Positions 10,520-22,179 of a stretch of 64,000 nt of DNA are shown piece after piece (within the stretch, counting starts at the first letter, position 1; each line of letters opens with the position of its first letter). The notes beneath the pieces are model-generated. The model did no database searches and was not told the DNA's origin. It was given only the letters and a program-made list of their open reading frames with translations. Made by a program: the position numbers and the translations under genes. The stretch covers positions 372,001 to 436,000 of the forward strand of contig NW_026250408.1 in NCBI RefSeq assembly GCF_024521635.1, read 5' to 3'. The stretch comes from Tricharina praecox. Taxonomy: Eukaryota.

Positions 10520-13500
10520 GCGGTCGGGCCTGGACAGTGGACACCCACCGACTGCGCAGAAAATGGAAAGAAAGGGGGCGACTCGCGACTCGCAGCTGAC
10601 GAGGCTTTTGGTTGGCTTCATTTCGGGCCGGGGGTTCTTCATCTTCTTCTGCTAGATATGGGCCTGGGTGGTAGGTATGTGGATACAGAGAAGACGGCAT
10701 TTTTTTCTTCGCACGTGTTGCGTGAGTCTTCGCGCAGAGAAGAACTACCAGAGGTGCTTCTACGTGGTTTCAAAGGAGCTTCGAGTCGCCCCTAGATCAT
10801 AGAATTAGTTACAAAGTCGTGTGCTCCCCGTCCCCGTCCCCGTCCCCGTCCCCCCCGATGGTCTAGAGTTTGTAGCCAAGCTCTACATCCCAATCCCAGG
10901 CGAAGGGTGGAGGGTGCGTGGTTGGAGTTTAATTCTTACCGACTGCGCAAACCATGTGTGGGGGGCCATAGCGAATCAATCAGAATCTGCATCAGAATCA
11001 GCATCAGCATCAGCATCAGCATCCCGGAGTCAAAACGTGATGGCGATGCTTACACAGATACTTGGTAACTACTGCGAATGAATGGATGTATGAATGCATG
11101 GATATCGTGGATCCGAGCTGCGGTTAACATTACCATTGGCGCCTGGGGGCGACGGATATGAATGGAGAGCTGAAGATGAAGGAACGCTCACTCGTGCTCG
11201 TGCTCGTGCTCGTGCGCAGGAGCACTCTTCTCTTCTGTGTTCTGTGTTCGGTGTTACTCCAGTTATTTACGGCAGGGCAGGGCTGCCAGGGCATCGTGAA
11301 GGAAGCAATCCTGCGTCCTCCAATCGCAGGTTTCATTACCTGTTCAGTTCAGTTCAGCCCTTCCGCGCACGCAGCACACACACAGAGAGAGAGAGACAAC
11401 CCCTTCTCGCCTCGCCTCGCCGTCAAGTCCAGTCCACCTCTCACCTCTCACGTCTCCGACCCAGGCAGAGCAGGCAGCAGGCTCTTCGCTTCCCTCTCCC
11501 CCCTTCCCCCTCGCTCGCTTCCCTCCAACGCTTCCCTTTCCTCCCCTTTCCCCTACTTTTGTATGTAAGCACCTACGGTACCTGCATATGCATCCCCCGT
11601 GTTGTAGTCTGCGACTCTGCGTGGCGATGTCTCATACCAATTCCGACTCGGATTTCAGCTGAACTCCACGCCACGCCACAGGTCTGGCGAGAGGGGCGAG
11701 GAGCTGAGGAGGGCGCTTCGGGCCACCGGTTCGGGGATAATTAAGCGGGTAGATATGAACTTACTGAGTACAGACGGGCGGACGTGACCTGCGAATCGGC
11801 AAAATCTGAATCTGCGGATGCAGCCCTATGGAGAGTATGAATCCCATTGATGGAATCCTGTTGATTGAATCCCATTGATCCCATTGATTGGAGTTCGAAT
11901 AAGCGGATACGTAGGGATTGGAATCGTGTGTACTCTATGAGTGGGCAGGTGTGTATAAGTGGTATGTACTGGTACACGCGTCTTTCGTTTCCCGTCCGGC
12001 AGTCAGTCAATCTGGGATTCCGGGGTAGTGAGGTGAATCGTGAGCAATTCTTGGACGAACACGGGTGACACACTGTGATCCCCCCTCCCACGCAAAGCGT
12101 AAACTCCGAATCCCCCCTCCCTCCCACCCCCCGAGTCGATCCCCGAGTCGATCTCCGAGCACGCGCACGCTAGGGGCTCTGTCGACCCCGACGTTGTTTC
12201 ATTGTTTTACCCGCGGTGCATTCGAGAGTCGAGAGTCGAAAGCCGAAACAGTGGTTCCGAGCGAGCGGATCGTGCAACGTGCGGTGATCGGCGGGTGCAC
12301 TATATCTACCGTAGATGTGCCGTAGATACCTAGATGTAGATACCTGCTCCGTTCGGTAACTCTGTGTTGATCCGTTTCCCACCGCGAGCGGGGACCGTGG
12401 AAACGACACCTTACGCTTCGACATCTTGAAATTTGGAAACTTACGGGATTACGCCTAAATATCACGCTCGAGAACACAACCCTCTATTTTTTGTTTAATC
12501 AGTAATTGCATACGGCCTATCCAGATCATTGCAATCACCCTTCCCCCGTTTCCACTTCACTGTCCAGCCCAACTTCCATCGAGCGGCCCGATGTGGCTTT
12601 GTCCTTCCCCTACCCCCGTCGTAGGCCGTGGCCTGTCCCAGCAATGTAGATAGATACACGGTAAAGACTGATATGGGCCTGCATGCCCGCTCCTTCCAAG
12701 TTCCAACCTCTCCTCTCTCCCCTCTATTCCCACCTACCCTCGGAGGCTCGCCTCTGATTGAAGGTTTTCCGACTCTTGTTTATGGGGTTTGCGTGCCTTC
12801 TGCGGCCTCTGGCGTTCTTGCTCCCACCGATGAAGACGGGCTTCGCCTACTATACTCTACAGTCCCCCATCGACCGAAATCGAAACCTGCGAAATATCGA
12901 GTGACACATTGTGATCTCACCTGGTACCACTCCATCAACCGCCCCACAGGAATATCTACATCCTACGTCATTGGTTTGTAGCCACCAGCTATTCCGCTCC
13001 CACTCTCACTTACCACTTGATTTCTTCCTTCCTTCCTTCCAAAAGTTTTACACGACCGTTCCGTTCTATCACTCGCTTTTCTTGTTGCATAATTGTTGAA
13101 AATATGAGTGATGTTTCAGTTGCTTGATTCATTCGCAAAACACAGGGGATGACCATCTAGACATACCCGACAGAAGCAGAAGCAGGTATGAGAATAAACA
13201 GGATTCTCGAGACGCATATATGACAAATGCACCTTGGACGAGTGACGACGGTGGCTTTTCAACGAGAATCGCAATCATCACAAAACCACAAATAATCATT
13301 CACGATTGTCACGGACTACTTCATTGTTATCGGTCTCGAATCTCCAGCAGCCGTCGATTCCCCCTCCCTCCAACTCTACCTTCTGACCTCTCTAGACATC
13401 CCCCCAAACCACCACCATAAGAACACGAACAACGACACGGCCACCACCACAAGAACACGGGCACGGAAGCGGACAAGCACAAACGTAAGAAACTATTATG

Positions 13501-13669
13501 GATATGTATAAAACCTCTTGCAGTACCAAAGTTCCACACCCACCAGCCAAAAGTATAAAAAAAAACACCGTACCCCATACGAAATATGCAAAGAAGCTTT
13601 ATCCCCGCTCCTCCCCCTTCCCCTCCCCCTCCTTCTTCCCCCTTCCCCTCCCCCTCCTTCTTCCCCCGC

Positions 13670-16159
13670 TCACGTCTCCCGCACCAACTCCTCGCACCAC
13701 TCCCTCCCGACCTCCTCAGGCGCGCCGATGACAAACTCCGCGCCAGCGATCTCCATGAGCGCAGTAACGACAGCGTCCGTGCTCTCACCAAAGCCCTGGA
13801 TGCTAGGCATATAGCTGAGCCACATGACCATGGCATACCTACAATTATCCGTGACCCAGCGCATCTCGTCCTTCGCTGCCTTCAGCGTATTCAAGTCCTG
13901 TTCGGGGAACGCACCCTCTGCCGCCGCATGCTGTAGCCAGTCGCCCTCCTTCAGGGCGTCGCCAAGGAGCGCCTCGTTGATAGCCACGGCCATGCCAGTG
14001 ACGGTCTCGAACGCCTCCGGCGACACCTCCAGGAGCGAGCGGAAGTGCCGTGTGACCTCGATGAGGATGCGGGCCCAGAGGACCTTACCGAGTGGCTCCG
14101 CGTCGGCGTGCGGATGGATCTCGTCGGCGAAGCGCAGCATGAACAGGAAGCCGCGGAGCGGGTAGCGGTACACGATGCTGTTGAAGCCGCGCGCCGGCGC
14201 GGTAACGCACGCGTAGATCCACTCGCCGATGTACCCGTCGTGTCCGTCACCCGACATGTGCACGTTCGCGACGATCTCCCGTTTAGTCCAGAGCAGCGCG
14301 TCGCGCCGCTGCTCGTTCTCTTCGCTGCCGTCGAGGCGCGCCCAGGACTTGGCGCGGAGGGTCTCGTCGACGAGGGAGAGGAAGATTAGGGGCAGGAGAT
14401 CCCGTGAGAGACGCCCGTAGTGGTGGAAGCCTTTGTATAGGTCTTCTTTCCAGCGGTCGGCGTTGGTGGTGTAGGGGATTAGCGAGAAGGCGCCGGTTGC
14501 GGGCTCGCGGAGGGGCGTGCGGCCTTGCTCGACCACGTAGAAGCTGCAGTTGTCGCAGCACATAAAGGCCGAGATGATGTCGTTTTCGGGGTCGGAACCG
14601 ACGGCGAGCGGCCATTGCACGTGGAATTGCTGGGGTATCGATTTTCCCGATTGCTTGAGGAGGAAGACGAGCTGCGAGTCTTCTTCGCAGCAGAGTTGGC
14701 ATTCGCCGCGGAAGGAGCCACCAAAGTTGGATAGTGCTGGTTGGAGGGAGGGTTCCTCGAGGATGCTGAGTGGTCGGTTGGAAGGCAGCCCAGTTATCCA
14801 GGAGCCTATCGAGCCGTTTGCCGATCCCCTCATCGACATCGAACCCATGGACATGCCCATCCTGCTGTTCCTCCGGTGCTCTGTCCGCAACTCTTGCTGG
14901 AGTCTCGAGATTACCGGTTCGCTCCCAGGCGTGGGCGCCGCGAAGAGCTCGGAGATGCGCCGGATCCTCGTCGCCACACGTTCACTGGGAGCGGCTACTA
15001 CTTCTTCGGGGTCTTCCTGTATTGGCGGAGATTGCTCGAGCGGGGAATCAACAGCACTCATCACCGAGCCCGGAATCCCGTTCAGAACCAGACGTTCCAA
15101 CGAGACGCCTAGCTCGAGGTCGGGCAGGTCCATCCATTCTATCATCCGGTTCAGGTTGCGGCCATCGAATTTCCCGCGCCGTCGAAGATACTGGAGGTTC
15201 CCGTCGATATGGAGGATGTGACACCACCCCAACGAGTCGAACGCCGGCGTCACCTGATACAGCACGGCGACATTCGGAAGGTTCGTGTATTGCAGCGCAG
15301 AGGCGAACGCCTCCCTCGGAGTCGGTTTATGCGGATTCTCATTCGCCATCACCACGATGTGCGGGGTGAGTTGTAGCCCCGCTCGTTCGATGCCCAGGAG
15401 AAACCGTTGCGATAACGCGGCGCCGCTTCGATTTGTAAAGACGATGATGAGATCCGCCTGTCGCTGCACTGGCTCCAACCTGGTAAGATCCCACACCGAT
15501 CCCACGTCTGCGACCTCGGACTTGATCTGGCCGTCGACGGCGCTGACTTCTTGGAGCACGTACTGGTTAAACGCCTCGTTCCAGAATATCATCTTCGTGG
15601 TCGCCGGCGCGGTAGGATGCGCCAGCTTTCGCCGCAGTAATAACTGATGCGCAAAGTTCTTGAATCCGCGATGCTGCGGCGTGCCGCCATTGACCACGAA
15701 GAGCACATTGCACTCGTGAAATCGGACCTGTGGGATGGCACCACTACCCCCCTCCAGCATCGCCAGCGTATCCAACCGCAGGTCGCGAAGCCGATTCGTC
15801 ATATCGACCGACGAGCGCGGGGTATTCTCCATTCTGGCCGGAACGTAGGCCTCGAAGCTGCTGATCGACGCTGACGTCTGGCGCCGTCGACGGGCGCGGG
15901 GCGGCGTGGGCGGGAACCGGAAACCGGTCTGCTCGGTATATTGCGGACGCGAACTCAATCTCTGGAGGTTCGATAGCTAGATGGACGCGCAACACAATGA
16001 TTCCATGAGCCTGAGTTCATACGCCTTCCCCCTGCAAAAAATGTAATGATCGGGGGTCTTGGTAATTACCGCATCCTCGCGTCCTGCTTCCCGACGAATA
16101 GGGCTATCAGCTCCTGCTCCGCGGCCAGCACCAGATGTCGTCCTCCCACCAGAGGCCAT
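13670..16159 (-). CDS. Uncharacterised ~800-aa protein with a degenerate vWA-like N-terminal fold and a CxxC...CCxxC cysteine cluster
   Basis: 762-codon open frame. A putative first exon (16070-16159) joins in frame via intron 15977-16069. Motifs VLFVVNGGT, MIFWN, LIIVFTN, GECQLCC...WPLAVG..ENDIISAFMCCDNC...TPLRE. Confidence 0.75.
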
Positions 16160-18164
16160 GTCCGCTCTGTCTGTCCGTCTGTCTGCCTATCTCCGTCGGG
16201 TAGCTTCACGCTCGGATCGCGAGGGGCGTGTTCTGCCGTGTGTTGGCGGGCGGACGAGCTGTGCGGGATGATGTAGCTGGATGCGGTCGGTCCAGTGGTT
16301 CAGCAGGCGATGAAGCGATTCCGATACAGCTCTGAAGAGCTCTTGACGCGATCGACGTTCGTTCGGAGAGGGTCCAGGAGGGAAGATGGATGTAGCTTAG
16401 GTAACAGCTAGTTCACTGGGGGTGCACGGGCAGTGGTGACAGTAGGCATACATCGATTCCGACGATCAGTTGGGTGGCGGTGATGAGGCTGAGGTGCTTC
16501 ATGTCGGACGGCTGTCGAATAAGATTCCTTGCTCTAGGCGGAGGCCGTCGGCCTTTTCCGTTTTATGTCCATTTCCGCCTACCAGGACAGAGTAATCGCA
16601 TATTGCAGCGTGATTCGAAGAGGTTGGAGCTAGCGATCGCCAGTACCATGACGGAGCGTTTGAGGCTTGGAGTCCCAGTGGGCCTGAAGGATAGCTGAGG
16701 TGCCCTACTGCTACTAGTAGGGTAGATACTTGGAGGTACCGTACGTACATACGAGTGTCTTCAGGATTGGGATTGGCCGTGCACGGGAAAGTTCTCACGG
16801 GGCGTGGGCGCATACAGCAGGCATTCGGGGTATGTAACTGCACTCGGCGGGATATAAGACGTCTGATGGGCTGCTGCTGCTGCCTTCTGGAATTCGAGAT
16901 GCATTGGAGGGGGGCTGTGAGCAGTGAGCACGGAAGCTCCAAGGGCGGGGAGCGGGCCATGGTCGGGGCCAGCACTGTGGCTGAAACAGTGTCCAGTCTG
17001 CGGCTGAGATCTGTGGCTGGAACCGAGTCCAGACTGTGGCGTGTGTCCGTGTAGACACTCAAGCCTCAAGGCCCCTCTTTAGCCGTTCCTCTTGGTCTCT
17101 TCAAGTCTTGTCCCTCGAAAAATCTCCTATCTACATACATGGAGGATCGATATCTCGATTGATCGCGGCAAATGGTGCTGGCCCTACCGGTACTTCAGTG
17201 GGCGGTCTGGTTCGCCAGGGCAGGGAGCCCCTCCTTCGCAGCCCACTTCCCTGGCACCCGCACACCATCACCACCACCACCATCATCATCATCATCACCA
17301 CCCACCAACCCTTCGTCTCGCTTCTCTCCGCAGACACCCACACACCATTCCACACACCATTCCTCACACACACACCCACACACGAGACAAGACACATCAC
17401 CTTATTGTTTTGGGCTTGTGCACTCTGGAAAGGGAGAGGCGCCAAAACCAGCACCAAGAAGAGAGCTTGCTGAAGCGAAGTGAACTTTTAGTAGTGAAGC
17501 CAAATCATAAATCGAGTCGGTAGGTATTTTTACTATGCATATACGCGCGCTGTATTCAGGGCTGACCGGCCTGTCGATCATGGCCAACACGCAATACTCT
17601 GTGTCCTCAGAAAAGCTTGCACTTCATTTTGATGGCCGGTCCTCGTTGTGGTATTGGCTGTAGTTACTCTGTAAATCTTCATCCCTCTGCCCCGAGTACC
17701 GTTGCCGTCCTCCCCTCGTGGGCCAACATCTCCATAGAGTGCCCTGGCCACTCCGTTGCATATACATACCGATACCACCCATTCCGGAGCTGGGTTCATG
17801 CTGCAGGTGAGATATGATTGCTTGCCTGCGTTTGCTGCATCTCCACCACCACCACCAACTTCTCCTCCAACTCCTCCACTGCCACCACCACATCCCACTT
17901 CCTTATCCCACAGCCCCTCCCCACTGTTCCTCCCCCACTACTTCTTCGGTCTACTACCGAGTCCGACTGCTTGCCGCCACCTTATTCTTTGTCGGAGCTT
18001 TATAAGTAACTGAGTCTTCCCGCCCCCGGCCCCCAGGAAGCACTCGCGAACCCCACATCGTCGCCCGCCGTCGTCACCATCGCTCGCTTGAACCGACCCA
18101 ATCCATAACGCCTGGCCCCGGTCTTCGCCTGTCCGCCCGCAGTGCCCGCAGTGCCCGCCGAACG

Positions 18165-21100
18165 ATGGAGTATGCCCAGCTGAACTCGAATACACACCAC
18201 CAGAACCCCCAAGATATCTATGCGCACGTGGGAACGGCAGGGGAATTGTACCAGGGCGATCAGCAACAAAGCTTGCGCTCGCGGATGCAGCGGCGACAGC
18301 AACTACAGCAACAGAACCAGAACCTGCAGCACCAGCAACCACTGGAATTGCTACAGCAGCAGCAGCAGGAGCAGCTACAACTGCAGCAGCTGCAACAGCA
18401 ACAGGCGCTCGAACAATCTCAGTGGGATGGATACCAGCCCCCCGTGACAGGCGCTTACGCGCAGCCGGCGGATCTCCTCCAAGCACCGTACTCTCCTCCG
18501 GAGGGCGGCTACTACATACCGAATTCCGGTGTCAATGTCGGTTTCTATACTTGTTTCGTTTTTGTAACGGACGTCTCTTTTGATCGAGACACACTGCGCT
18601 GACACGGGGACGTAAGGTTCCGTACACTGATGCGCAGTCACAGTTCCACGAGTCGTTCTACGGAAGTGGCGGCGGAGGCGGCGGCGGCGGCAACGGCACA
18701 TTTCTCGCCACCACCGACCCGTCCACAACGCAGCCCCGGGTGGTGGGCTACGAAACTCAGGACCCCTGGTCAATGGGTCAAATGGTATTCCGCGCTCCCT
18801 TGCTTGATGTGTCTTAAGCCGCATTGGGGTTGACATGTACGTCTCGAGGTACCGAATACTACCATAGACATCGATCACACAATGGGCTTGCCGGCGACGA
18901 CGGGCGCAGAGACCTTCTACAATCCGCTAGATCCGTCGTTTCTGGACGTTGATCAGTACAATACCGATTTCCTCAATGAACTCACGCAGCACTACTCGGC
19001 CGAACATGGGTACGACCTCGAACCGCTGCCGCCGAGTCGAGGCGTTGATCTTTTCGATCGTCCTGTCCCAGATCTGCCGGACGTACCGCGTGGTCGCAAT
19101 AGCTGGCTGCCACGGGACCGTCTCCAGCACACCCCCGAGACCATCATGGAGTGGTTCACCACAAACTACGCATCCAAGCGGAATCTACCGGTCACCGGGG
19201 ACGAGATCCCGAAGGAGAGCGGTGGAATACTGTGCGAGCTATGTCAGCCGGCCTGCTTGGTGGATTCGCTCGCGTACCGTCCGCATAGAGAGGAGATCCA
19301 CGGGGTGGACTTCCAGACCGGATTCCGGTATTGGGCTCCGCTTGAGGTGAAGCCAATTGTTGGCATTGTTGGCGCCGGCTACGAAGGATTCTGCGCAAGC
19401 TGCAAGAACTGGATCGCGTTGGACTTGTCGAAGCCCGACTTCAACTGGTACCAACATGCTTCGACGGTGGGTAGCCCAAGTGTCAATCCTACCGTTTGCG
19501 GATAGCTAAACCCTCACAGTGCCAGGATCACACCGTATGGACGGACGAAAAGAAGCCCGCATCACCGATCGAACGATACACCACCAGCGGCTCGGAAGAT
19601 GAAGGTGCTGATGTGAACGCCATCAAGAAGGAAGCAACGCGGCGTGCGAGGGCTGGTGATTTCTTGCTGCCTAGACCGCCATTCGCTTCCAACAGCAATT
19701 CGAATCCCTCGGATGAAGGCAGCAGCGACATCCCGTCCTCCAACAGCTCGCACTCGGTTCTCACCTCGAACTCGAACTCGAACTCCAGTGTCAACTCGGC
19801 CATGTCGCAGCACTCCCTCGAGAGCCGACGAAAGAAGGTGCTCCGGCTGCGCAAACGGAAGGGCGCCAGATCATCGAACCAGGGGCTGCGCTTGTACCAG
19901 TGCACATTCTGCATGGCCGACTTCGCCAACTTTGGCGATTGGCGCCGCCACGAAGAAGTCATCCACCTGGTCCTCGAGAAATGGGTGTGTGCGCCCGAAG
20001 GACAGTACAAAACCGGCACACAGGAATGCGTGTACTGCGACGAAGTGCACGCTGAGAAATCCAACATCCCCAACCGCTGCAACGCATCGTACTGCCACGG
20101 CCGCGGGCCCTCGGAACGCATCTTCGCGCGAAAAGACCACCTCAAGCAGCATCTGAAGCGCATGCACGGCATCACGAAGTGGCGCCTCTCCTTCGAAGCG
20201 TGGGCGCAGAAATCCAAAGGGCCGCAAAAATCGCGCTGCGGCTTCTGCGCCGCCACCTTCGAGGACTGGCACCACCGCATGACGCACGTAGCCTGGGAAT
20301 TCAAGCACGGCCAGAAGATGTCGCAATGGCAGGGCGACTGGGGGCTCGACCACAAGTGGATGCACGCCGACGGGAAGCTGTCGAACCCCATCCTGCCCGC
20401 CGACAGAACCGACCACATCTCGAAGACCCTCAAGGGCGCGCAGGCGCTGACGCCGGCTCACGCTCACGCCCAGGCGAAAGGCTCCCGCGTGCCGGACTCG
20501 GGCGGCAAAAGCGCGCCATCAGACGCCGATCACGCCCACCATTCCCTGCGCGGCGGGAAATCTGGCCGCGGCCTGACGCGGAAACCGCGGCTCACGTCGC
20601 TGCGCGATGGGTTCAGCCAGCAGCAGGAGCACCAGCACCAGCAGCACCAGCAGCAGCAGGGGCTGTTCCAACAGCAGATGGACCAGTTCCCGCCGCCGCA
20701 GCAGGAGGATCTGTACCAGCAGGGGGGAGGAGGAGATATGTACGCGCAGGGAGACATGTTCCAGCAGGGGGATATGTTCCAGCAGCAGCAGGAAATGTTC
20801 CGGCAGCAGGATCTGTTCCCGCAGGGAGATATGTATCAGCAGCAGGATATGTACAGCCAGCTCCACCACCACCAGCAGCAGCTGCAGCAGCAGATTTTCC
20901 AGCGTATAAAACCGGAAAATAACTTTTCACAACCGATACAGCCGCAGCAGCAAGTCCTGACTCGTACGTCCCCATCCTCCCCCACATCCCCCCCCCCCGT
21001 CCGTATCAACTAACGTAAGCACAGCCCCATTCTCCTGGTCACTTCCCTCCAGCGCCGTCTCGCCACCACAAACCAGCCCACTATCAGCCTCGTACACCAA

Positions 21101-21329
21101 CCTTAACCACAACCACAACCAGAACCAACTCCCGATCCAACCGCGGCCGCCAGAGACAGTTCCCGTACCAGTGTCGACGGCGGCGGGAGGGACGGGAGGG
21201 ATGGGGAAGGCGGAGCAGGCGGGACAGAAAAAGACGCCGAGCTTTCAGTGTCCGTATTGTAGCACTAAACTGTCACGGCAGGATAATCTCAGGAGGCATG
21301 TTAAGACGCATTTTGTTAAGACTAGTTGA
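18165..21329 (+). CDS. Gln-rich transcriptional regulator with Rua1-C-like domain and multiple C2H2 zinc fingers, 5 exons
   Basis: Predicted introns 18537-18637, 18785-18848 (GAG acceptor, uncertain), 19467-19519 and 20964-21024 keep a single frame. Motifs: GILCELCQP..EIHGVDFQTG..YEGFCASCKNWI..WYQHASTC; YQCTFC..WRRHEEVIH; FARKDHLKQHLKRMH; SRCGFC..RMTHV; terminal FQCPYCSTKLSRQDNLRRHVKTH. Confidence 0.8.
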
Positions 21330-21417
21330 CGGGGTGAACGGGTGGACTGTGGTGGGCTGGGGAAGGGGGAGGGGGAGGGAGGAAGGAAGGGGGGACGGAG
21401 GGGGGAGGGTGATGGGG

Positions 21418-21545
21418 GTATGATATGATGAGATGAGATACGGGATATGATCGGATATGACTGGATGACTGGATATGATGGGATATGACTGGACATTATA
21501 TGACTGGACATGGCTGGACATGACGGGATGATGGGATGATACCAT
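21418..21545. repeat. Degenerate (GGATATGACT/GGACATGACT)-like ~10-bp repeat in the 3' UTR
   Basis: Seen directly. Confidence 0.65.
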
Positions 21546-22179
21546 AGATACCCTATTGTCTATTGCCTACTGGTTTAGTTTTATGTGGATACTTAAGGTA
21601 TTTAGATATGGTCTGCGATTGCTTTTGAAATGTCAAGCTCGGAGCGATGGAAGATTATGAATCATATCCTCAGTGCTTCGTGTATGATATCTCATGAACG
21701 ATTCTAGTGGTGGAAATTTATCCGTTTACTGGTAGAGCTAATCCGTTATATTCATGGACAATGGACAATCCTACATGAGTCATTTGCTATAACCACACAC
21801 TTATATGTGAAAGCATGGGAGGAGGCAACAGCGGTTCCCTCTGCTGTTGGGTAGTTAGGTGCTCCGGAAGTGTTGATATCACACAACATCACTCACCCCC
21901 CACCCACTGACACGCCCTTCACGCAACGGAGATCGTCAAAGTCCACAATAGATCCATAGATACCTATACAGTCCATAGTCCAAGTATCCTGACAAGTGTC
22001 TAACGAACGAACGAAATTACACAAGTAGGTGGGTACATACAACGTTACAAAGCTGGCAAGCTGTATTAATAATCAAAGGAAAGGAAAGGAAAACGAAAAA
22101 GAATCCCGCTCGAAACAATCTTCTGCGCCATACATATCATACCCCCCCCCCCCCCCCCCTCACCACGCCATCTATAGTA

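Noticed and set aside
10180..11744. ORFs with (LTHS)n, (NQTKP)n and similar repeats
   Set aside because: Translations of microsatellites.
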